Of a DNA stretch of 51,574 bases, positions 36,811-46,761 are shown piece by piece. The notes below the pieces were generated by a model, which ran no database searches, was not told the DNA's origin, and saw only the letters and a list, made by a program, of their open reading frames with translations. The position numbers and the translations under genes were made by a program. Source of the stretch: Atractiella rhizophila. Taxonomy: Eukaryota. How positions within the stretch are numbered: position 1 is the first letter of the stretch; the number at the start of each line of letters is the position of its first letter. The stretch spans positions 1-51,574 of the forward strand of contig MU271509.1 in the NCBI GenBank assembly GCA_021432655.1. The letters run 5' to 3'.

Positions 36811-37031
36811 TGTGCTTCTCATCGAATCGACATGGTTTAACAGATTATTGCATCCTCGTCCACAAGTTTGGCAAGTGAAGCGATGTAATACGCGCTTGCA
36901 GTTTCTCTCAATCTGAGGGTCTAGATCTTGGGGCGGAGCAGACGGCTCAAACCATGCAGTTCTCGACCAACCTTTCTATTCAGTCTGACAGTGGACCTGA
37001 AGAGGAGTCAATGATAAAGCTAACAATACGT

Positions 37032-38228
37032 TTAGTTTATCCAATCAAAAAGATCCTCTCCTTCTTGTTTCCTTACCGCTACAGCATCCCCAATAGCCAA
37101 TCGTTGAAGCCTTGTACACTCCCGAAAGGAGCTCTTGGCCACCCTTTCTCGCGCCGCTCTACCTTCTTGCTGAGTTTCCTCTGCGTGTTTTCTCCATCGC
37201 GGTCCCCAACCGGCTCCGCCACGAGGAGGGTAGAAACCGACCCCTAAGCTCTGAGCTGGTGGAAGGGAGAGGTGCCGGAGGCTGGGGAAGGTGGACAGGA
37301 CGGGGAGGAGGGCCTATTAGTTTCTACTTTTAGGATGAGTAGAGAAACAAGAGGGGTGCGAACATAGTATGAGTCTTTCACAGTTCCTCCATCCATTTCC
37401 AGCTCTTCGAGTTTGGGGCAGGCTGTTCGGATGACTAACGACATAATCTCAATCTGATGAAGTCTGGGAGAAAGCATGCGCACGTTGAATAAACTCAAGC
37501 GAGAACCATTCGACTAATTTCAGACTTGTGATCTTCGGCATATTCGCACAACTATTGATCAGTGCGACAAATGCCAGTCGCTGATTTTCGCTTCGTCTCC
37601 CCGTTACATTTCTGGCATTGCGAACACTTTGGACATTTGGGCAGTGTGGGAGGAGAAAGTGGCAATGAGGTCCTACTTGAAGAATTTTGATGTGAGGGAA
37701 ATTTGCATCCTTGAACGCATCCTCAAAGGCTGAAGGGTCGCGCTCGAAGATGTCAAATGTGAGCTCTTCCAGGTTCTGCAGTGATGCCACAAGTTTTGCG
37801 AGTTTCTGAGGAAACTGCCCTGATGGAGCTGATATATTCTCTGCTTTGTCCTCATAATACCAATCAAGTCGCACGGTGAATTGAAAGCATCTGATAGACC
37901 CGAGATGAGTTCAGAGCCAATCAGATGCCCGTCGCGCTCACCGACATATCTGCGCCAATTTTTCAAGGTCCCTAAACGTAAGGAGTTCATCGACTTCTCT
38001 CTCTGATCGTTGCCAAGCATCTGCCCTCTCTGAGTGGTGGATGGTGATATGCCGAAAAAGCAGAGGCAAAGCTACATTTCGAAAGCCTTTGCTGACGAGT
38101 GAGAGGTTTTTGAGAGTACGGAGAGTTGGAGGTGCGCCAACTTTCTGATGGGAAGCATGCGTGCTGTTATTATACACCTCTCGCACGAGAAGGGAAAGTA
38201 TGTCTGCGTTGTTGAGAGCAGGATGCAT
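37032..38228 (-). CDS. F-box-like / LRR-like fungal protein
   Basis: MHPALNNADILSLLV...TLKNLSLVSKGFRNVALPLLFRHITI (degenerate F-box), LQNLEELTF, CPKLEELEM, FPSLRHLSLP..LGVGFYPP. Three introns. Confidence 0.75.
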
Positions 38229-39122
38229 TTCTGTTTTGCGTCGACTGGATGATGCAGTTGTAAATCACTTACGACACATGCCCACTGAGGGGCATTAAAC
38301 TCAGGGGGCTGACCGAGTGAATGACGATGATAAGGAACAGAAGGATGCAGTTGTCTATTCGTTGGTCCACCCATGTAATGAAGAGAAGAGATTCATGTCG
38401 AAAATCTCTAGCGCATCTAGCAGCTCATCCTCTTCTTACCTGGCTAGTAACAACATTAGTCGTTCAGGGAGGTAATGAGAGACCATACCCCTCGTTTCGC
38501 CTAATATGAATACGTTAGGATCGACTTTACTGATTTTCAACTGCTCATCGAACAGTTGAAAGGACAAGACATGTGCTCTTGTTGAGTTAGAAATTTGAGT
38601 ACATTACACTCGTACCCTTCTTTCACGAGTACTTTTGGAGCTAGGGCAGGGAAGTGGATTGTGCTGCTCTGGAGCGGCTTTCTCTCTTGGTTATTTTTAA
38701 AATGGCCTCGAAGTCAGCAATATTTCATGTTTTCAGAAAGCACTGTGTACAACAATGGTGCCATAACAATCAAAATACTCATTTTAGCCAACGAAAAGTG
38801 CCTTTTCCTCCCTTCTCCCTTAGGGCTAAGGAGTAACCAATAGCCAGCCTGTGTAGTCCTTTACACTCCCGAAAACAAGTCTGAGCTGAAAATTCTAGAC
38901 ATAGAATGAATGAGGTTGCAGCTTGTAAGTAGGATAATCACACGCAGAGCTCAAGGTTTCAGGAGGATTGCAGCCCGAGCCCATGAATGCAAGAAAGTTA
39001 AACGTTAACTTGTTAATTTGAACTTTAGCATGGCTTGATTCTGCCCGATTGTTGTCGCCTTTGTGCCTTATAGATCAGGATCAGATTGATGAGTACCCAT
39101 TTTTACAAATCTAGTCATCAGT

Positions 39123-39195
39123 GAACAGAACAGGCTCACCTAGAAAACCTCTGGCACGTCCTTCAGCTTTGTCCACTCTATCAGCGTATCCTCAC
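39123..39195 (-). pseudogene. Degenerate copy of ChAPs exon 1
   Basis: The minus strand reads ...CTGAAGGACGTGCCAGAGGTTTTCTAG|GTGAGC against the real ...CTGAAGGATGTTCCAGAGTTTTTTGAG|GTGAGC. ATG lost and GAG changed to TAG. Confidence 0.7.
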
Positions 39196-39629
39196 CCAAC
39201 CTGCATGATCAATATTACCAGCCTTGTAACGAGAGATCAACATGCTTTCGCCCATTGTTTCTTTGGGTCTCTTACAATCAATTGATCTCTCACCCGTTGT
39301 CGACTTAACTCAATCTTTCGTCCAAGTTCCACGTAATTTCCTGTCCCGCAAGAGAATTCCATGCCCTTTCATTAAATTTAGATATTTGAGTTTGTGTTGG
39401 TTCTGGTGACGGCACGCAGCCTTGACGTTTCAGCGCTTCCCCTGTCTAGAGGTCAGATAGTAATGCTTTCACTGAGATCTTGGAGCTGAGTGCTGAGAGG
39501 CTAAGGTCTGAGGAGCTAGTTTCCTCTTTGGCTTTGTGTCAAAATGAGCTGGTTCGTAACATTTTGTCCACTTAGAAAAGATCGAGTCTTGTCAAAACTG
39601 AGTGCTAAGTGTAAGAGAGATTTCGACTG

Positions 39630-40369
39630 TAGAGATTCAATTGAAAAATATTCGTCTAATTTCAGATTTGTGATCTTCGGCATGTTCACACAACTATTGA
39701 TCAACGCGACGAATGCTAGTCGCAGGTCCTCACTTGGTACCCCCCTTATATTTCTGGCATTCCGGACGCTGTTGACATTTGGGCAGTGTGTAAGCAGAAA
39801 GTGACACGGGGTCCTACTTCAAGAATTTTGATGTGAGGAAAATTTGCATATTTGAACGCTTCTTCAAAACCTGAAGGATTGGGCTCGTTGATATCAAAGA
39901 TGAGCTGTTCCAGCTTCAGCAATGACGCCACAAGTTTTGCGAGCTTATGGGGAATTTCTTCTGAAGGGCCAATATCTTTTCAGCTCTGCTCGCATAATGC
40001 CAATCAAGCCGCACAGTGAATTGAAAGCATCTGAAGTAGACCTGAGAAGAGTTCAACCAATCGGAAGCTTATCCAGACTCACCGACATTTCTGTCCCAAC
40101 TTGCCGAGGTCAGCAAAAGCCAGGAGCTCATCGACTTGTCGCTCCGATTGTTGCCAAGCGTCCTCCTTCCCTGAATGGTGGATGGTGATATGCCGAAAGA
40201 GCAGAGGCAAGGCTACATTTCGAAAGCCTTTGCTGACTAATGAGAGGTTTTTGAGAACGAAGACGGTTGGTGGTGTTGCGTCCCACCGATGGGAAGAGTA
40301 CATGCTGTTATCGTACACATGTCGCATGAGAAGCCAGAGACTGTCCGTGTTGTCGAGAGCAGGATGCAT
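39630..40369 (-). pseudogene. Frameshifted, 3'-truncated paralog of the F-box-like gene at 37032-38228
   Basis: Collinear homology (LKNLSLVSKGFRNVALPLLFRHITIHHS, ANFPHIKIL) with 1-nt frameshifts near 39965 and 39808. Last exons not recognisable. Confidence 0.8.
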
Positions 40370-40568
40370 TCCTATTTCACGCACGTTGACTGGCGTAGAA
40401 TGGCCGTGCTCAGATTAGGTAGATTGGAGCAGATGATATCATCATGGGGATGAACTACAGATTAGACTATGATGTCTGTGACGTCGACTACTTCTACCTT
40501 TTTGCCTTTTTCATCAAATTACAAAGCTGTTATCATCTTTTCGTTTGTCTTCCCTCAATAAAGAGGCG

Positions 40569-41469
40569 ATGGCAATAGTTAGGCTGCTCCCCAGGTCTCT
40601 CCCCATTCTCAAAAATACGGCTATCAAACAGCGAGGTGTGGTAGTCCAGAAAATGAGCTCATCAACATCCTCCGACAACAACGCAAATAGTATCAAAGAA
40701 GTGTGAGATTTCCACATTCCCTTTCCTTATGAGATGAAGGTATAGACTGAATTACCCCTGATGGCGCAGACTTCAGAAGAACGAAATATTCCCTCACGTC
40801 CTTGATTCCTTCACGCCTTCATTCGCACTCAAGGCCACGTTCCAAAACGGCAGAGAAGCAAGTTTAGGCAACACCATAGACACTGAAGACGCGCAGGAGG
40901 CACCGAAGCTTTCTCTACATTCGCTAGTCGAAAATGCGTCCAAGCAAGATTGGAGCAAAGGTACCTGGTACGCTGTAATGACGGATCCTGACGCGCCAAG
41001 TAGGCATGATCCAAAATGGTCTGAATTCTGGTGCGTCTTCCAGTCTCTATTTTCCCACACCAAGCGATAATGATTGGATTTTGTAGCCATTGGATCTTGT
41101 CGTTCTCTCCTCAATCTTTCCCCCAACTTGTCTAGTCTGAGAACACCATCTCTTCCTCAGTCTCCGAGCCGTTCCAGAAAGGCGATCAGATAATTGAATA
41201 CATGGGCCCTGCTCCACCTGAAAAGACGGGAAAGCATCGATACGTCCTCGTGCTGCTGCACGGAGAGAAGTCTGGTTTGGAAGGACCAAACGACAGGAAG
41301 AACTGGGGCATGGAGGGCAGTCGGGTTGGATTGAGACAATGGGCACAGAAGCATGGGCTGAAACCCGTTGGTATGCCTTTTTGATTTTTTCCTCCTTCGG
41401 GGCGATTACTGATGGGTGTTAATATGCGAAGCGGCGAATTTTTTCTTTGCTCAAAACAAAACACAGTAA
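40569..41469 (+). CDS. PEBP family protein (Tfs1/carboxypeptidase Y inhibitor-like), with an in-frame TAG at 41133-41135
   Basis: LGNTI, MTDPDAPSRHDPKWSEFCHW, EYMGPAPPEKTGKHRYVLVL, LKPVAANFFFAQN. Confidence 0.85.
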
Positions 41470-41711
41470 CTTCCTCGTGATGTAAAATAAACAAGGACCT
41501 GTAAATAGATCAGCAAGCAACCGATTGCATTTTCACCCTTTCTGAACCAACTCAAATTCAGCACCGGTGAGGTTGTCCAAAAATTGATTTTCAAAGATAC
41601 AACAGTTCCATTTGGTTACATTCGACCTTCTATTTTGGTTTCTAAAGACGAGTCAATCTCGATTTGAACGCAACATCAACGAAATCGCTCACCATCAACG
41701 GGTAGGAGCAC

Positions 41712-42476
41712 TCACTTCTCCTGCCCAGCGTACCAAATGCCTGTAAAATCTGGTTTCAAGCTAGCACCTCCAACAAGGAATCCATCGATGTCCTCCTTCT
41801 GCCTCAACTTTGCGCAATTATCGTTATTCACGCTTCCACCATAGATGATCCTCGTCTCCTCCTTCACCTTCTCTCCCACCTTGCCCAATGCATTCCTTAT
41901 CAAGGCATGCACCTCCTGGGCCTGTTCAGGGGTAGCCACCTTCCCCGTACCAATCGCCCAAACGGGTTCGTAGGCGATGACGACGGATTTCCAGTCCTCC
42001 TCTTTCGGGAGCAGGTCGATGACAGCCTGCAACTGCCCAAGAACAACATCCGCAGTCTTGTTCGCCTCCCTCTCCTCCAGCGTCTCTCCGATACACAGAA
42101 TAGGCTTTACACCCTCTTTGATGGCGGACTGGACCCTCTGTGCCACCAACTCTGAGGTCTCGTGGAAGTATTGTCTCCTCTCCGAATGCCCAAGGATGAC
42201 CCATGGGATATCGTTGTCTTTCAACATTTTAAGGGACACCTCTCCGGTAAAAGCGCCAGAGGGGATGTTATACGCGTTCTGAGCAGCGATTTGGACGGGA
42301 GATTTGGCAGATGAGAGAATTTGGTGAAGAGGGAGGAGATAGATGGATGGCGGAGCAATGACGACCTCGACAGAGGGCGGAACTGTTGCTTGTGCGAATC
42401 CTTGGACAAGGGAAGTGAGGGACGAGAGAGTCCCGTTCATCTTGAAGTTCCCACCGACAAAAAATTCTCGAGGCAT
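41712..42476 (-). CDS. TPI1: Triosephosphate isomerase
   Basis: FFVGGNFKMNG, GAFTGEVS, ILGHSERR, IAYEPVWAIGTG, IYGGSV, DGFLVGGASLKP. Uninterrupted 254-aa ORF. Confidence 0.98.
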   Translation of the reverse strand: MPREFFVGGNFKMNGTLSSLTSLVQGFAQATVPPSVEVVIAPPSIYLLPLHQILSSAKSPVQIAAQNAYNIPSGAFTGEVSLKMLKDNDIPWVILGHSERRQYFHETSELVAQRVQSAIKEGVKPILCIGETLEEREANKTADVVLGQLQAVIDLLPKEEDWKSVVIAYEPVWAIGTGKVATPEQAQEVHALIRNALGKVGEKVKEETRIIYGGSVNNDNCAKLRQKEDIDGFLVGGASLKPDFTGIWYAGQEK

Positions 42477-42952
42477 CTTGGGCGTGTTTCAGTTGGTCAA
42501 GGCGATCGGAGAGGCAGGTGGACAAGTTGAAAGGAATTCGACTGCTTTAAGGCGATTCGTCACCCGATTTCTACCGACTGGAATCAGCGATGCTCTTCGA
42601 GAACTCGAACTGAAAGGTACTCGCAAAAGCTCGCTGAACGCTCAGAGTCAGTGCGAGGATGTACTTTGATCAGTTGATTCTGGCAAACCTGGTACAGATC
42701 AGAACAGCCCCCTGGCGATTCAAAACTGGCCCCAAGGGCAAGTGCTTCATCACATGCCAGCAGCATTTCACCAAATGTAAATGAAGACGTAAATCTATTC
42801 ACAAGAACACAGATATCTACAATAACTGAAATATTTGACACATAGGGGGAACAACATTTGGAAAATGAAAATGAACAGATCAATGTTTGTAAGCACAGCT
42901 TGCAAGAGGATAAATGAGTGAGATTTGGTGAGATAAATTATTGCATGCGTAT

Positions 42953-45244
42953 TCACACTTGTTCGTATCCTCTCGGGTTCTTCTCGACCCAAACCTAACC
43001 GCGCTCTCATCAGCTTTCCGGAAACGCCAAACCCCAACAAGTGGAAGCATACCCACTGGTCCCGACACATATCCAGTAGCGATCGCTTCGCTTTCCACCC
43101 CAGCTCCCTCTCCGCTTTCGACGGGTCGCAAACGACAGAACCGAGGTCTCCCGCGCGTGGGTTCTCCAACACCGTCTTGATGGGCGACTGCGATATCTTC
43201 GACAGGGTCTCTATGATTTCCAGGACGCTCACTCCCCGTCCAGTCCCAAGACTACATAGAACAACTGAGACTGAGCGATAACAGGAGGGCGGAGGGACGC
43301 ACTTGTACGTTCGGCAGTTCTCCTTTAGCATTGAACTGTTCTCTAGGAAGGAGAGAGCGTTGTAATGAGCGTCGGCTATGTCCATAACGTGACAGAAATC
43401 CCGAACCCCTTTCATCACAGAATGGACCATTATTACTCCGAGAACTCCACAAGAAGGGATACGAACCTGTCCCATCGGGTGTATCAAACCGTGTGCCATA
43501 TATCTTGACAAAAGGTTTCCGGCCTTGCACTACCTCTCCGTCAGGCGAAGTTTTGAGCTTTGAGTGGAGTCAGACATACAAACGAGTGAAACGGTCGGCA
43601 TGAGATTGGTAGCCTCCAACGGATTCTCTCCAATCAATCCACTCGGATGGCAGCCTGACGGATTCGCATACCTGAGGATGATGACTCGCCAATCCGGATC
43701 AGCAGCACACCTAACGAGCGACTTCGTCAGCAACGCTCCTCTGCCCCAGCTGTAAAAGGCTCACAAATCGTTCAGGATCTCCTCGCACATCAGCTTCGAC
43801 CGTCCATAAGGATTCGTGATCTCCCCTCCCTTCTTTCCCACGATCCTCATCTCCTCTTTCAACCTCACATCCTTTCCCATCCCCTCCAACTTTCCATAAA
43901 CGACCACACTACTACTAAACACCATCTTCTTGCACCCCATCTTCTCCAAGACCGAGATCAAATTGAGGGTCCCAGTGACATTGACATCATAATAATCTCG
44001 GGGTCGTCTCAAGCTCTCCGAGATGCTTTTGAGCGCCGCAAAATGCAAGCAACTCACGATCCGACTCTGGCCGTTTGAACGTCGATACTTTGCCAACCGT
44101 TGTTCTAAAACGGTTCGCTCACGTATGTCGCATTTCTCGAAATATATTGGAGGGCGATTCGACACCGGGATACCTGCTTTGTCCCATTCCATCTCGACCA
44201 GGAGACGGACGCGTGAGATGGCGGAAGGGAGTGAGTTTGAAAAGTTGTCCAGGATGATTATACCATATTTCGTCGTGGTTAGGATTGGGAGAATGGAATG
44301 TGTCGGGATGTAGCCTACGACAAATACGAGTTAGTCGTCAATTTCACTTCTCTTGTGACCATGCCAGATGATCTTGACATCCAGGATCGAATACGATATC
44401 AATGGACGCAAGGGCGCAATAACCGTCCTCACCTCAACCATTATCCGGATAGTAGATCTTAGGGTACCCTAGCCACATCGGGAATCTTAGACAAATTGCG
44501 TAGTCGCCAATAGGCGCATGACATCAATCCAAAGGGTAATATTAACTCAGTTGAGGGATCGGATTACGAAAGAGGGAACTGTCAGATTCAGATTCATGGA
44601 GGGGAAAAGCGAAAGCGCATAATACGTAATGATGCAACTGCCATCCTGGTCTTTCACCCTTGGGTTCGTGTAGAAGCAGGTAATATGGCACCGCGAAAAA
44701 CGTATCATGCGAAGGAAGCGAGAACAAGAATGAAACAAAAGTGGAAGAGATAACAAAAGAGCTGCTACCTTCTAGGCCTTCATGTTATAGGGCCTTCATC
44801 ACCATACTGTTCTTCGACCTCTCCTCTACTCTCTACTCCAAGACAGATCTCACACCAAGCAACAAGCAATAAAACTAAAAGAAATTACGCACCAGCACCA
44901 CCTGTGACCAGTACCAACTCCCACTCCTTCGCACCTCCTTTCTCAGCACCAAGACCACCAAGCGCAGCCTCAATCGGATCAATCTCCTCAAACGTCGGCG
45001 TCCTCAAGCTGACCACGGGCAACGTCTTCGGGTCCACTCTGGGAAGACTATTAGGGGGTATGATCGGGAAGTACCCAGTGTTCGATGGCTCCGGGGAGGA
45101 GGTAAGGACGAATGGAGTGTGCGGTGGCGAGAGGGAGGGGAGGGAGGCGATGGCGGAGGAGAGCGAGGGGAAGGTCTGTTGCTGGAGCGTGGGAATGGCG
45201 GGCGAGGGATGGCGTCGCGGTGTGCGCGTTATCTGAACTGGCAT
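42953..45244 (-). CDS. UDP-glucose/UDP-GlcNAc 4-epimerase (GalE family, Uge3-like) with Pro/Ser-rich N-terminal extension
   Basis: VLVTGGAG/YIPTH, LDNFSNS, HFAALKSISES, VFSSSVVVYG, TNPYGRSK, LRYANPSGCHPSGLIGENP, DGTG/VRDF, LGTGRGVSVLE, RAGD. 578-nt intron at 44315-44892. Confidence 0.9.
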
Positions 45245-46253
45245 GTTGTTGCTCTGGGAGATCTGAGTCGAGGGGAGCAAGCGAGGGCAGATGCGGGTGG
45301 CTGGCGATGGAGAAAAAAGAGAGAGAAGTTAAGCGATCGTCGTTTCAGTTGTGGATTAATCGATTGACAGTTTCAGCTGCAGCCCGCTTATGACATCATA
45401 ACACTTGCACCCGCCTCCTTCCGACAAATAACAAAACTGCCATTGATTCAGATTTATTATTTAGCCATGTCAAAGCCAACGTCTCATTTGCATTATGTTA
45501 AGGTCCAATATCCCCAGATCACTTCCAAGCAGTAAACCCAAGTGACATGTCAATGTTTCGGGAGAGGGAGGATGGAAGGACTAGGGCAACCAAGACAGAA
45601 GGATTACTCTGTCAGTCATGTGGTAACAATAAAGCTCGTATTTTTCTCGCAACAGAAGAAAAGGGGTGCAGAGCAGTGAGAATGAATGGGATTGTTGCTC
45701 TATAAGTTACAAGTGACGACACGCTCTAAGTTGGTTTTCTCTTCAATGGTCTTTCTTGGAAGTGGGACAAGCGGCTTCCATCCTCAAAGAATATTCCTTT
45801 ATCGAGGAAACTGTCAAGTTTGAACGAGAATATGCAGCAACGGCAGACCGGAGAGACTTGTGTCGAGGTTGGTTTATGGGCTAATTCTGCACCTGAATAA
45901 ACGGCAGGGACGGATAGGCTGGCGGGATTTCGATTGCCTCTGATATCCATAAATTATAGACTTTGGGTACCTCTGGTGCCATCATCTCGATGCTCTTCGC
46001 TCGATATATAATTACGACGAGCATTATTGGCTGCTGGTTTCGCTGGGGACGGTCATCATGTTCTTGGGTTTGTTGCTCCACCAAATGGTTGCCTCTTGAC
46101 TAATATAAAATGATACTGTGGCACCTGAATCTAGAGTAGCTGGGAAGGCTATGGTCGGCTTGCTGTGCATCGAGAATTTTATCTACGCCGTGACAGTTGG
46201 ACCACTCGCGCAAGCTTCTTCCATTTTGATCGTCTAGTGAAGCCGACAATCAC

Positions 46254-46403
46254 ATAGACATAGAAGGCCAGTGTCTACGAAGTTGGACATTTGGGATCAT
46301 ATTTCTCATCCGATAGCATTGTGAAAGCAGTGAGCTCTCACTCGATGCTTACCATGCCGATCCCAAATGTCCAACTTCGTAGACACTGGCCTTCTATGTC
46401 TAT
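46254..46403. repeat. Perfect 45-bp inverted repeat with 60-nt spacer (MITE-like or hairpin RNA)
   Basis: ATAGACATAGAAGGCCAGTGTCTACGAAGTTGGACATTTGGGATC (46254-46298) is the exact reverse complement of 46359-46403. Confidence 0.95.
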
Positions 46404-46761
46404 ATGACAGTCTGATCTCTGAGTCGAAAGGAGAAATTAATCACTTTGACAATTGTTAGGTCCTATAACTGATCTGCAAATGCTTCCATGTGTTGTCTTC
46501 TCCTAGTCGAATTAGTCAAAACAGGAGCATCTGCTTATTATGACCGATTCAGGCTTAAATGGTTGAAGGGGTTATTCTAATTAAAAGAATGAGGAAATAC
46601 TGCTTGGCAAGCCATATTCAAAGCGTACTCCACAATACCAAACTAAACTGGAAACCAACTCAAGCTTTACAGACGAGCTGTCACCAACGGTAACTAGGAA
46701 GAATGTTGCGAATTAACTATCCTTTCATCAAGTCATAATCTGCCGTTCAAATCGTAGTGTC

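Noticed and set aside
41676..41714. Stop-codon readthrough of TPI1
   Set aside because: The context is TGA GTG rather than TGA CTA, and the extension ends in RFR, which is not a PTS1.
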